A DNA stretch of 64,000 bases from an uncultured Solirubrobacterales bacterium. Lineage in GTDB: Bacteria; Actinomycetota; Thermoleophilia; Solirubrobacterales; Solirubrobacteraceae. Location of the stretch: NCBI GenBank assembly GCA_963697945.1, contig OY969105.1, forward strand, positions 3,035,269 through 3,099,268, given 5' to 3'. The position numbers and the translations under genes were made by a program. The notes under the pieces are model-generated. The model was not told the DNA's origin. It ran no database searches and was given only the letters and a program-made list of their open reading frames with translations. Shown piece by piece: positions 47,535 through 57,884 of this stretch. The stretch's first letter is position 1; the number at the start of each line of letters is the position of its first letter.

Positions 47535-48086
47535 TCAGTCCTCCGATGTGGTGGTTGAAGTTGGGGTTTCCTGCTGCTTCTGCTCTTGCACCTGGCCGAG
47601 GGCCACGGCGAGGCCACCGACGAGGGCGCCAAGGGTGCGTACAAGCCCTGAGACGGGCGAGGCGACGACTCCGACGAGTTGCCCGTATAGGACTTCACGG
47701 GAGGGCAGGCGCGAGAGCGAGCGAATCTGCTCGACTTCGAGCGCGGCGCCATCCATCAGCCCACCCTTGAACGGCAGCAGCTGGGTCGCACGCCCGTAGT
47801 CGGCGAGCGCTTTGGCGGCGGTGGCGATGTCACCGCGCACGAACGTGAGCGCGGTGGGGCCCTGCAGGAGCTCCTTGAGCGTCTCAGCGCCCGCCTGGTC
47901 GGCGGCGCGTTCGGTGAGCGAGTTCTTGACGACCTTGAAGGTCGCATCGGACTCGCGCAGCTTCGCACGCAGCTCCGCAGCCTGGGGCACGGAGATGCCC
48001 TTGTAGTCGACCGCGAAGACGGCCTGCGAGGAGTCTATGTGGGCCGCGATCTCGGCGATCGCGGCGGCCTTTTGGTCTCGATTCAT
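47535..48086 (-). CDS. rplJ: 50S ribosomal protein L10
   Basis: FKVVKNSL, LQGPTALTF, LSRLPSRE. Confidence 0.97.
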   Translation of the reverse strand: MNRDQKAAAIAEIAAHIDSSQAVFAVDYKGISVPQAAELRAKLRESDATFKVVKNSLTERAADQAGAETLKELLQGPTALTFVRGDIATAAKALADYGRATQLLPFKGGLMDGAALEVEQIRSLSRLPSREVLYGQLVGVVASPVSGLVRTLGALVGGLAVALGQVQEQKQQETPTSTTTSED

Positions 48087-48174
48087 TCAGTGGCTCCTGT
48101 CCCGGTCTTCTGTCGCGCGCACATAACGTGGCGCGACCGCCGAGGGTCTGTGGTGGCCTGTGTGTGTGGAAGCG

Positions 48175-48912
48175 CTAAGCGGCGACCGCGGTCGCTGAAG
48201 ACGCCTCCTCGATGATGTCGCGTGTACGGCTCGGATCGACCTTCACGCCCGGGCCCATCGTGGAGGTGAGGGTGATCGTGCGCAGATACCGGCCCTTCGC
48301 GGCCGAGGGCTTGGCGCGGATCAACTCTTCGACCACGGCCGCATAGTTCTCCAGCAGCGCACTCTCGGTGAAGCTCGCGCGGCCGATCACCATGTGCACG
48401 ATCGCGGTGCGGTCGGTGCGGTACTCGACCTTGCCCGACTTGGACTCCTCGACGGCTTTGGCCACGTCCATCGTGACCGTCCCGACCTTCGGGTTGGGCA
48501 TCTTGCCCGACGGTCCGAGGATCCGCCCGAGGCGACCGACCACCGACATCAGGTCGGGCGTGGCGATCGCGACGTCGAACTCGTCGAAGCCCTCCTCGAT
48601 GCGCTTGGCCAGATCCTCGCCGCCGACGACGTCCGCACCGGCCGCTTCGGCCTGCTGAGCGCGATCGCCCTGGGCGAAGACGGCGATGCGCACGTCCTTG
48701 CCCAGGCCGTTGGGCAGCGCGATCGTGCCGCGCAGTTGCTCGTCGGCATGGCGCACGTTCAGACCTGTGCGCACATGCAGCTCGACCGCCTCGTCGAACT
48801 TCGCGCTGGCCAGGCCCTTGACCAGCGAGACGGCCTCGGCGGGCTCGTACTCGTGCTCGCGGTCGATCTTCGCCAATCCCTCGCGGTGACGGCGGCCGTG
48901 GTGGGAACTCAC
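48175..48912 (-). CDS. rplA: 50S ribosomal protein L1
   Basis: [44 protein letters not shown]. Confidence 0.98.
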   Translation of the reverse strand: MSSHHGRRHREGLAKIDREHEYEPAEAVSLVKGLASAKFDEAVELHVRTGLNVRHADEQLRGTIALPNGLGKDVRIAVFAQGDRAQQAEAAGADVVGGEDLAKRIEEGFDEFDVAIATPDLMSVVGRLGRILGPSGKMPNPKVGTVTMDVAKAVEESKSGKVEYRTDRTAIVHMVIGRASFTESALLENYAAVVEELIRAKPSAAKGRYLRTITLTSTMGPGVKVDPSRTRDIIEEASSATAVAA

Positions 48913-49334
48913 GAGGCCACCTCCACGCCCATCGAGCGCGCCGTCCCCGCGATGATCTTCGCGGCCTGGTCGACGTCGTGGGCGTTCAAATCCGCGAGCT
49001 TGCGCTCGGCGATCTCCCGCAGCTGCGCCTGGGTGATCGTGCCGACCTTCGTGCGGTTGGGCTCGCCCGAGCCCTTGCCGATGCGCAGCGCCTGCTTGAT
49101 CAGCACGGCCGCGGGAGGCGTCTTGGTGACGAACGTGAACGAACGATCCTCATAAACGGTGATCACGACCGGGATCGTGGTCCCGGTTTCGGACTGCGTC
49201 TGCGCGTTGAAGGCCTTGCAGAACTCCATGATGTTGATCCCGTGCTGACCCAGCGCAGGACCGACCGGCGGGGCCGGGCTGGCCTGGCCGCCGTTGGCTT
49301 GGAGCTTTATCGTTGTGAGTACCTTCTTGGCCAT
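48909..49334 (-). CDS. rplK: 50S ribosomal protein L11
   Basis: [33 protein letters not shown]. Confidence 0.98.
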   Translation of the reverse strand: MAKKVLTTIKLQANGGQASPAPPVGPALGQHGINIMEFCKAFNAQTQSETGTTIPVVITVYEDRSFTFVTKTPPAAVLIKQALRIGKGSGEPNRTKVGTITQAQLREIAERKLADLNAHDVDQAAKIIAGTARSMGVEVAS

Positions 49335-49384
49335 ATCGAACGCCTAGGTTAGCTGCGATTGACTGGGATTGTCTTCTTGATGTC

Positions 49385-49528
49385 GCCCACGGCGCGTGCG
49401 CCGTGGGCCGCAGGCGCGCATGCGCGCCTGCGTGGGAGCCGCACATGTGCGGCTCCACCGGCGGCGCATGCGCCGCCGGCCAGACGGGCGCATGCGCCCG
49501 TCTGCGGGTCGGTACATGTACCGACCCG
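49385..49528. repeat. Array 3 of six tandem CATG-centred palindromes
   Basis: Units 49385-49408 (core CGTG), 49409-49432, 49435-49456 (22 bp), 49458-49479 (22 bp), 49481-49504, 49505-49528. Confidence 0.97.
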
Positions 49529-49531
49529 GTC

Positions 49532-50056
49532 CTAAATCTTTTTTACCTGATCAAAACCCACCTCTACGGGGGTCTCGCGGCCGAAGATTGATACCAGGAC
49601 CTTCAACTTGGCCGCGTCCTCGTTGATCTCCGAGATCTCCCCCGAGAAGTCCGAGAGCGGTCCGGAGACCACCTTGACGGACTCGCCGATCTGAAACTGC
49701 GCGCGCGTGCGCGGCGCCGTGGCGACGTCGGTCTTGTGCAACAGCCGATCGACCTCGACCTGGGTCAGCGGCACGGGCTCCTGGGAGGCGCCGACGAAGC
49801 CGGTCACGCCGGGGGTGCCCTTGACGACGCCCCAGGAGTCCTCGTTGAGCTCCATGTTCACGAGCACATAGCCGGGCATCGTGCGCTTCTCCACGGTGAC
49901 CTTCTGGTTGTCCTTCATCTCCGAGACGGACTCGGTCGGGACGACCACGTTGCGCACGGCGCGCTGCTGGCCGAGCGAGATCACGCGATGCTCGAGGTTC
50001 TGTTTGACCTTGTTCTCGTGGCCTGAATAAGTGTTGACGACGTACCAGCGAAACAT
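49532..50056 (-). CDS. nusG: Transcription termination/antitermination factor NusG
   Basis: WYVVNTYSGHENKV, PGYVLVNM, KOW GESVKVVSGP, VSIFGRETPVE. Confidence 0.98.
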   Translation of the reverse strand: MFRWYVVNTYSGHENKVKQNLEHRVISLGQQRAVRNVVVPTESVSEMKDNQKVTVEKRTMPGYVLVNMELNEDSWGVVKGTPGVTGFVGASQEPVPLTQVEVDRLLHKTDVATAPRTRAQFQIGESVKVVSGPLSDFSGEISEINEDAAKLKVLVSIFGRETPVEVGFDQVKKI

Positions 50057-50106
50057 TCTTGCTCTCTAGTTCCTAACTCGTGAGGAGCGCGCGATCGACG
50101 GCGTGC

Positions 50107-50703
50107 TCAGAGGATGAAATCGACGACTTCCTTTGCCACATAGTCCGCGAGGCCTAGGTAGGCGCCGGCGATCGCGACGAAACCGAGGACGACCGCGGTG
50201 GCCGAAAAGACGTGGCGGCGGTCGGGCCATTGAACCCGCTGAAGCTCCGCCCAGCTGGCGCGCAGAAAGCCGATCGCGCGGTTGCCTTTGCGGATCGGTG
50301 CGCCCGAGGCCTGCTCGGGGCTGACGCCGCCTCCCCTACCGCGCCCTCCGCCGGCGCCCTCCTGCAGTTCGTCCTCGGTGAGATCGCCCTCGGCCTCCGC
50401 CTCGGCCTCGATCTCGGCCTCGGAGAGCGTCTCGGCGTTCGCGGCGACTCCGTGGGCGCCGGCGATGAGTGCGGCGTCGAACTCGTCGACGTCTCCCGCG
50501 TGCTCCAGCGCGCCGGGCAGGTCGGCTCGCTCGACCCGACCCAGCTCGTGCGCAGGCGACGACGCAGCTGACGGGGCGGCTGTGGTCTGAGCGTCCGCCG
50601 CCCCATCCTCGGGCGCAGCCGGCTCGGGACCCGTGCCAGGGCCAGGTCTCGCGGCGCCACGGCGGGCGCGACGTTGCTTTGCGCGTTTGCGATCACGGGC
50701 CAC
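50107..50703 (-). CDS. secE: Preprotein translocase SecE with long N-terminal extension
   Basis: C-terminal FLRASWAELQRVQWP followed by one TM segment; lies between rpmG and nusG. Confidence 0.9.
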   Translation of the reverse strand: MARDRKRAKQRRARRGAARPGPGTGPEPAAPEDGAADAQTTAAPSAASSPAHELGRVERADLPGALEHAGDVDEFDAALIAGAHGVAANAETLSEAEIEAEAEAEGDLTEDELQEGAGGGRGRGGGVSPEQASGAPIRKGNRAIGFLRASWAELQRVQWPDRRHVFSATAVVLGFVAIAGAYLGLADYVAKEVVDFIL

Positions 50704-50724
50704 AGCACAGCGCTCCAGCGCTCG

Positions 50725-50889
50725 CTAACGAGTCTCCCGATGACCGGTATGACGCCGGCACCAGCGGCAGTACTTGCGCAGGGATATCCGATCGGGGTTG
50801 TTGCGCTTGCTCTTGTTCGTCTGGTAGTTGCGATGCTTGCACTCCTCGCATGCGAGGGTGATAGCGATGCGAACGTCTCCGCGGGCCAT
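50725..50889 (-). CDS. rpmG: 50S ribosomal protein L33 (zinc-binding form); not in ORF track
   Basis: Manual translation [54 protein letters not shown]. Confidence 0.97.
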   Translation of the reverse strand: MARGDVRIAITLACEECKHRNYQTNKSKRNNPDRISLRKYCRWCRRHTGHRETR

Positions 50890-51152
50890 AGCGAGTTCTG
50901 TGCTCCCTGCGCCGATCGTGGGTGTGGATACCGAGCCCGGGCGAAGAAAAACCCCGCCCAGGCGCGAGGTGTACGGCAGTCTAGCGCGTGTTCGCCGCCC
51001 GGGCGATTAGACGGAAACGACCCGGCCCGCCAGCGTGGCCTTCGCGCGGTTTCACCGCCGACGAGAGCGCCCCGGGAACGGTCGCTCAGGGGCCAGAGGC
51101 GCGGGCGGGCGGATCGCGGCGCCGGCGGGCGCCCAGGCGCTGGGCGGCGGTC

Positions 51153-52211
51153 TCACTCATACAAAGTGAACGTCGCCAAGATCACATACAGCGCGACCAG
51201 CGCCCAACCCTCGAACTCCGCGGCCTCACCGTCGCCGGTGACCTGCGAGAGCGTCAGCGCGGTCAGGGCGAGGGCACCGATGTAGACGGGCGCCAGGGCA
51301 AACGTAAGCTGGGTGGAGAGGGCGAAAGAGACGAGCACCAGCAGCGGGAACAGGAACGCGGCGATCTGCGCGACCGAGTTCTTCACGACCGAGATCGCAA
51401 GGTCCGAGCGGTGCTTGTAGGCGAGCACGAGACCGGCGACGTTCTCCACGGCGTTTCCCGCAATCGCCACGATCACGAGCCCCGCAAAGGCCTGGGAGAG
51501 GTTCAGCACGGCAATCGCGGGCGCCAGACCGTTGACGAACCAGTCGGAGACGAACGCCGAGGCGCCCCCCGCGATCAGCAACAGCGTGAGCGTCACCCCG
51601 AGTCCCAGGCGCGGACCGCCGTAGCCCTCCGGCGGAGACACGTCCGAGCGCAGATACGGGATCACCCAGGCGAGATACACGACCAGCAGGCACACGGCGC
51701 CGATGGCCGAGATCGTCTCGACGTGGTGGCTGGCAGGGTCGTGCGCGGCGAGTGACAGTCCGAGCAGCACGATGATGAAGACCGCCAACAGCAGCAGCGT
51801 GGCCGTATCGCGGGGGAGCTTGGAGGAGAACCGCATCACCCCATCGGGTGATCGCCGCGCGCCGATCACGATCACGAGGCCCAGCACCAGCAGCGCGTTC
51901 GCGAGGATCGAGCCGACGATCGCGGTCTGCGCGACCACCAACTCGCCGGCTTTGAGCGCGAAGATCACCACGAACAGCTCGGGCAGGTTGCCGAGCGTGG
52001 ACTGCAACATGCCCGTGACTCCGGGCCCAAAGCGCTCGCCCAGCTGCTCGGTCGCAAACGACACCACCCAGGCCAGGCCCGCGAGCGCGAGCGTCGCGAG
52101 CGCGAACCGCGGGACGGGCGCCCAGGCACCGTAGTTCGCGACGCCCGCGAGCGCCGTCAACAACACGATCAGCGCCAGCGCGCCGCGCTCCGGGTTACTC
52201 AGACGGGACAT
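51153..52211 (-). CDS. cax: Ca2+/H+ antiporter (CaCA family)
   Basis: alpha-1 repeat STLGNLPEL, GSILANALLVLG; alpha-2 repeat AIAGNAVEN, KNSVAQIA. Confidence 0.9.
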   Translation of the reverse strand: MSRLSNPERGALALIVLLTALAGVANYGAWAPVPRFALATLALAGLAWVVSFATEQLGERFGPGVTGMLQSTLGNLPELFVVIFALKAGELVVAQTAIVGSILANALLVLGLVIVIGARRSPDGVMRFSSKLPRDTATLLLLAVFIIVLLGLSLAAHDPASHHVETISAIGAVCLLVVYLAWVIPYLRSDVSPPEGYGGPRLGLGVTLTLLLIAGGASAFVSDWFVNGLAPAIAVLNLSQAFAGLVIVAIAGNAVENVAGLVLAYKHRSDLAISVVKNSVAQIAAFLFPLLVLVSFALSTQLTFALAPVYIGALALTALTLSQVTGDGEAAEFEGWALVALYVILATFTLYE

Positions 52212-52247
52212 CGCGCAGGCGAGAATAGTTGGTGCGAATCTGCGCTC

Positions 52248-52350
52248 CTAGACGGCCGGGAGGCAAGAGAGGCAAGAACGCAGGAGGCGAGGCGTACTAC
52301 GTACGCGAGCCGACGAGGACGCAGCATCTCGCCGCCTCCCGACCGTCTAG
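52248..52350 (+). repeat. Structured ~104-bp dispersed element, copy D
   Basis: 17-bp outer stem CTAGACGGCCGGGAGGC/GCCTCCCGACCGTCTAG (1 mismatch), apical GCGTAC-TAC-GTACGC, GAGGACGCAG. Confidence 0.8.
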
Positions 52351-53325
52351 AGGCTTGATGCGGGTTTATCGTCCGTCGTAGGCGGCGAGTGCTCGGGGTG
52401 GACGTCCGGCGAGGATGTTGATGTGCATTGCGAGGGTGAGGGCGAGGAGGCGTTGCGCGATGCGTTGTACGAGCCCTCCGAGTGTCTTGGCGAGGTGGTC
52501 TTCTAGGCGCATTTGGCGCTTGAGGTTGGAGAACACGCTCTCGATGACCAGGCGTACGCGTGCCTTGACGATCTCGCTGGCGGGGCGTGGACCAGGACGG
52601 TGGCGCTCGGGCGTGATGAGTTGGACATTGATGAGTTCCATGCAATCTCGGTACTCCTTCCCCCAAAAGCCCTTATCGGCAAAGAGTGTGCTGCCGGAAT
52701 GCGCGGCCGCCAACTCCAACGCACGTTCACGCTCTTGCCCGGTCTTGGGACCTGTGAGGTCATAACCGACGGGAACACCCTTTGCGTCGCTGATGAGCAC
52801 AAGGCGCATTCCCCACACGAACAGGCTCTTGGATGGGCAGTAGCCGTAACTGGCATGCCCGGCGAACTCGCTGAACGATGCGCAGCCTGGATAGTTGGCG
52901 CACGCGATCAGCGTTCCGTCGACCAGTCGCACCTGTCCATCGGCGATCAACTCGGCGACCATCATCTGCACCGTTGTGATCTGAGGTGTGAGCCGTCTAA
53001 GCCTGCGGTTGTACTGCGACTGGCCAGGTAACTCGGGGAAGAACCCGGGCAGCAACCGGCCGATCACACCCAAAAACTGGCGGTCTGAACAGATCCCCGT
53101 CACCGCCTGGGCGACCCCCACCGCGATCAGCTCCTGATCTGTGACCTTGCCAGGTGGGCCCGGGCGAGGAATCGACAACGAGCAGGCGAATACGTAGGCT
53201 GCAACAACGAGGGTCTCCAGCGAAGCGTCCATCTCGTGCTCCAATCACGAGTTGACAAGGGCTGGGGACCCTCTTCTCATCCCACCACCACGATTCCTGC
53301 CCACCACCCAACCCGCATCAAGCCT
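52351..53325 (-). mobile_element. IS982-family insertion sequence, copy 2 (975 bp)
   Basis: Same IRs, length and ORF translations as copy 1; CTAG at 52347-52350 and 53326-53329. Confidence 0.92.
52366..53232 (-). CDS. IS982-family DDE transposase
   Basis: Translation identical to the copy 1 transposase. Confidence 0.88.
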   Translation of the reverse strand: MDASLETLVVAAYVFACSLSIPRPGPPGKVTDQELIAVGVAQAVTGICSDRQFLGVIGRLLPGFFPELPGQSQYNRRLRRLTPQITTVQMMVAELIADGQVRLVDGTLIACANYPGCASFSEFAGHASYGYCPSKSLFVWGMRLVLISDAKGVPVGYDLTGPKTGQERERALELAAAHSGSTLFADKGFWGKEYRDCMELINVQLITPERHRPGPRPASEIVKARVRLVIESVFSNLKRQMRLEDHLAKTLGGLVQRIAQRLLALTLAMHINILAGRPPRALAAYDGR

Positions 53326-53907
53326 CTAGTGGCTCTCGAGGACCCGGTCGATCAAGCCGTACTCCTGCGCCTGCTCGGCCGTGAAGAAACGGTCGCGCTC
53401 CATATCCCTGCGCACCTGCTCGGTCGGGCGGCCGGTGTGTTCGGCGTAGATTTCGTCCAGGCGGCCCCTGACGGCGAGGATCTCGCGGGCGTGGATCTCG
53501 ATGTCGGTCGACTGGCCTTCGAACCCGGCCGAGGGCTGATGGATGAGGATGCGGCTGTTCGGCAACGCCGCGCGCTTGCCCTTCGTTCCTCCGGCCAGCA
53601 GCAACGAGCCCATCGACATCGCCACGCCCACGCACATCGTCGCGATGTCCGGCTTGACGAAGCGCATCGTGTCGTAGATCGCCAGCCCCGAATAGACCGA
53701 GCCGCCGGGGGAGTTGATGTAGATCGAGATGTCCTTCTCGGGGTCCTCCGACTCCAGATGCAGCAACTGAGCGACCACCAGGTTGGCGACCTGATCGTCG
53801 ATCGGGGTGCCGAGGAAGATGATGCGCTCGTTAAGCAAGCGCGAATAGATGTCGAACTCGCGCTCGCCCCGGGCGGTGCGCTCTATGACCATCGGAATCA
53901 GAGGCAT
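53326..53907 (-). CDS. clpP: ATP-dependent Clp protease proteolytic subunit
   Basis: [25 protein letters not shown]; catalytic Ser (AMSMG), His (IHQP), Asp (ERDRF). Confidence 0.97.
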   Translation of the reverse strand: MPLIPMVIERTARGEREFDIYSRLLNERIIFLGTPIDDQVANLVVAQLLHLESEDPEKDISIYINSPGGSVYSGLAIYDTMRFVKPDIATMCVGVAMSMGSLLLAGGTKGKRAALPNSRILIHQPSAGFEGQSTDIEIHAREILAVRGRLDEIYAEHTGRPTEQVRRDMERDRFFTAEQAQEYGLIDRVLESH

Positions 53908-54054
53908 CGCCCCACCCTATCGGTCCAGGCCGGCGGCGCCCGTTTAAGCGCCGGTTTGCGAGCGTCGATGCGGGGGTAGACGGCGTTTCCGGGACACACC
54001 CGTGTAGCTTCCCGCAATCGCTGTCCGTCTCCGCGACCGCCGTCCCGATCGCAA

Positions 54055-54618
54055 ATGCGCGCGCACATCGACACCACACCACCGTCCTCCCCCCCGCACC
54101 CTCGCGGCCCGCGCCGCCATTTTCGCGCGGCGCTCGCCACACTCGTGATGAGCCTGCTCGGGGCTACAGCGGCGATCCCCGCCGTGGCGATGACCAGCCA
54201 TGCCGGCTGGCCCGCCAACCAGCACCTGGTGATGGACAAGGGACCCGCCGGACGCGAACACCTGCTGGTGGGCCGGCCCCACGTGCACAACTACCTGCTC
54301 GGCGGCTACGGCGACGACACGATCTACGGCGGCGAAGCCGGCGATGTGATCTGGGGCGACTACCACCCCACGGGCTGGCCTAGCTCGCAGGTGGCGGTGA
54401 TCCATGCGGGCAACGGCAAGAACTTCATCTACTCCAACGACACCTACAACTACGTCTGGACCGGGACCAACCCGCAGACGGTCGTGCACGCGCACGAGGA
54501 CTCGGGGATCATTCACTGCGAAAACCCGAACATCGTCGTCTACACCAGCCACCACGCGCTGCCCCATTACGTCCTGCACGGCTGCAGGCACATCAGCTTC
54601 TACTCGGTCGGCTACTGA
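54055..54618 (+). CDS. Hypothetical secreted protein with short Gly/Asp (RTX-like) repeats
   Basis: Signal-peptide-like ATLVMSLLGATAAIPAVA; LLGGYGDDTIYGGEAGDVIWGD. Confidence 0.65.
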   Translation: MRAHIDTTPPSSPPHPRGPRRHFRAALATLVMSLLGATAAIPAVAMTSHAGWPANQHLVMDKGPAGREHLLVGRPHVHNYLLGGYGDDTIYGGEAGDVIWGDYHPTGWPSSQVAVIHAGNGKNFIYSNDTYNYVWTGTNPQTVVHAHEDSGIIHCENPNIVVYTSHHALPHYVLHGCRHISFYSVGY

Positions 54619-54703
54619 TCGGACTTCCCCCGGGGTCGCGCGCGGCGGTGACCGGTCCGCGCGACGAGCCGCTCGGCCGGCGGGGCGCCCTCGCCAGAAC
54701 GCC

Positions 54704-55690
<987 letters not shown>

Positions 55691-55779
55691 CGTCGTGCTC
55701 TCCTCGCTGAGGGCTGGGTTCTCGCCGAACCCGCAAGGGGTCCGTGCCGCGGACCGCGTGCGGGCCCGCGCCAGACATA

Positions 55780-56337
55780 ATGGCAATTGCAGTGTTCCCG
55801 CTGAACCTCCCGAACATGCTCACGGTGCTGCGCATCATGCTGGTGCCGGTGCTGGTGGTGGCGCTGCTCGGCAACACCCAAGAGGGGGACGTGCTCGCCG
55901 CGATCGTGTTCGCGCTCGCTTCGGCGACCGACTTCGTCGACGGCTATCTCGCGCGCTCGCGCCACAGCGTGACGACGTTCGGTAAGCTGATGGACCCGCT
56001 CGCGGACAAGCTCCTGATCGTCGCCGCGCTGATCGCGCTCGTGTCGCTGAACCGGCTGGAAGCGTGGGTGGCGATGGTGATCATCACCCGCGAGCTCGCC
56101 GTCACGGTGCTCAGGCTCGGTGCGACCCAGGCCGGGGTCGTGATGGCCGCGAGCATGCTGGGCAAGATCAAGACCTGCATGCAGATCGCGTTGATCCTCG
56201 CGCTGATCGCCGTGCACGGACAGCCGCTGTGGCTCTCGCTGCTGCTGTACGCGACCGTGCTCGTGACGATCGTCTCGGGGCTGGACTTCTTCTTTGGACT
56301 GCGCCGGCGCCTGGCGCGCGCTCAGACCGACGGCTGA
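55780..56337 (+). CDS. pgsA: CDP-diacylglycerol--glycerol-3-phosphate 3-phosphatidyltransferase
   Basis: [40 protein letters not shown]; the true start may be GTG 55792. Confidence 0.93.
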   Translation: MAIAVFPLNLPNMLTVLRIMLVPVLVVALLGNTQEGDVLAAIVFALASATDFVDGYLARSRHSVTTFGKLMDPLADKLLIVAALIALVSLNRLEAWVAMVIITRELAVTVLRLGATQAGVVMAASMLGKIKTCMQIALILALIAVHGQPLWLSLLLYATVLVTIVSGLDFFFGLRRRLARAQTDG

Positions 56338-56494
56338 GCCTTCTGGCTGCCCCGGCGCCCCGGCGCGCGTTTCAGACCGACGGCTGAGCCTTCTTCGGGC
56401 TGCCCCGGCGCCCGGCGCGCGTTTCAGACCGACGGCTGAGCCTTCTTCGGGCTGCCCCGGCGCCCCGGCGCGCGTTTCAGACCGACGGCTGAGC
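56286..56494. repeat. Tandem repeat, four copies of a 50-53-bp unit
   Basis: TCAGACCGACGGCTGAGC recurs at 56322, 56372, 56424 and 56477 with near-identical linkers. Confidence 0.9.
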
Positions 56495-57529
56495 GTCGTG
56501 CGCGCCGCCGCGCGGGCGATCGGGAGCGGAAAGCCACTCCTCCAGAGTCGTCTGACGGCCGGGCGGCGTAGCGGAGTCGATCTCCGCACGCAGCTCCGAG
56601 AGCAGCGAATGGCGCTCGGCCAGGACGTTGTGCTGATGGATCGTCTCCAGATTCTCCTGACGCGCGGAGACGAAGCTCGCGCCGTCCAGCTCCGGAAAGC
56701 GTGCGACGACGCCCGCGAGCATCTCGCGCACGCAATCCTCGACGAACCGCGGGCGGGCGTGGGCCCGTTCGACGACCGCCACCTCGTCGCTGCGCTTCAT
56801 CAGCTCGTAGATCTCCGAGGACATGCTCGACTCGACGATCTCAAGCAGCGCCCGCGCGTCGATCTCGACGTCGCACTCCTCGATACACCCGATCTGCAGC
56901 GTGCCCAGGCCGCGCTGATTGTGGGTCGCCACGGGCACCCGCGCGAGGATGCGCTCGATCTGTTCCTCCGTGAAGCCATCGGTGCGCAGACGCTCGCCCG
57001 CGCGCCCAGCGATCAGCTCCTGCGCGCACGGGCAGGCGGTCATGCCGGTGGCGGAGACGCCCACGACGCGGCGAGTGCCGTGTTCGTGCGCCACCGCGCG
57101 CCCGAGGAGCGTGTAGATCTCTTGAGTTTCCACTCCCGAGACCGGCGCGGGCTTGTGCTCGGGGTAACGCGCCGCGATCGTGACTTCCGCGCGCAACGCA
57201 TCCTGGCGGGCGCGCACCAACTCGGCGATGTGCTGGGCCAGCGTCTCGGCGCGAAACGGGGACTCGCTGAGAACGACCTCGCCGATCGCCTCGTTGACGA
57301 CCTCCTCGAAGCGAGACATGTGCGCGCCCTTCTGACCGGAACTCAGATCCACGAAACAGGACAGGCGCGCGAAGAACAGCTCCTCGCGGATGCGCACCAC
57401 CTTCTCCACGCCCGTCACGCCCACCCGCGACAGGCCGATCGGCACCGAGGGCGCCCGCGCCTGAACGTCGTCGCCCAAAGGATGCGTCGGAGACAGCGTG
57501 TTGATCTGCCGGGTCGCCTGCACCAGCAC
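56477..57529 (-). CDS. folE2: GTP cyclohydrolase I, FolE2/MptA type
   Basis: DDVQ, VGVTGV, KGAHMSRF, GMTACPC, ATHNQRG, YELMKRSDE, PRFVED, ETIHQHN. Confidence 0.92.
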   Translation of the reverse strand: MLVQATRQINTLSPTHPLGDDVQARAPSVPIGLSRVGVTGVEKVVRIREELFFARLSCFVDLSSGQKGAHMSRFEEVVNEAIGEVVLSESPFRAETLAQHIAELVRARQDALRAEVTIAARYPEHKPAPVSGVETQEIYTLLGRAVAHEHGTRRVVGVSATGMTACPCAQELIAGRAGERLRTDGFTEEQIERILARVPVATHNQRGLGTLQIGCIEECDVEIDARALLEIVESSMSSEIYELMKRSDEVAVVERAHARPRFVEDCVREMLAGVVARFPELDGASFVSARQENLETIHQHNVLAERHSLLSELRAEIDSATPPGRQTTLEEWLSAPDRPRGGAHDAQPSV

Positions 57530-57884
57530 CCAAGCCTAGCGGCCCATCACCGCCAGGCGCACAAGCCGCACGCCTCGACCAGCGAGTGGCCGGCGCGTGC
57601 CGACGCTACCGGCGTACACGACTGCGGATTCTGGTATCACTTCGCACTTAGCCGGTCGAGTCAACCCCCGAAGAATGTTGGGGAGCGAGGTCTGAGGAGT
57701 GTCGGGAAAACGGCGAAAGCCAACGCGAAGGGCAAACGGGGAACGACTCACAGGCCGGCAAGCCAGACAGATGCGATCGAGTAATCACACAGGAGGAGGC
57801 TAGAAGCCGTAAGTCGGGTCAGGGGAGGTCGCAGCGGACAGGTCGGCTGCGACGGGGAAGCCGTTTGGATCCTGGGGGTCCATA

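Noticed and set aside
48087-48174. L10 leader RNA upstream of rplJ
   Set aside because: A hairpin (GTCGCGC..GCGCGAC) is present, but I could not match the conserved L10-leader motif with confidence
56322-56494. 18-bp repeat with ~33-bp linkers as a mini-CRISPR
   Set aside because: The linkers are near-identical to each other and to the pgsA 3' end, so this is a tandem duplication
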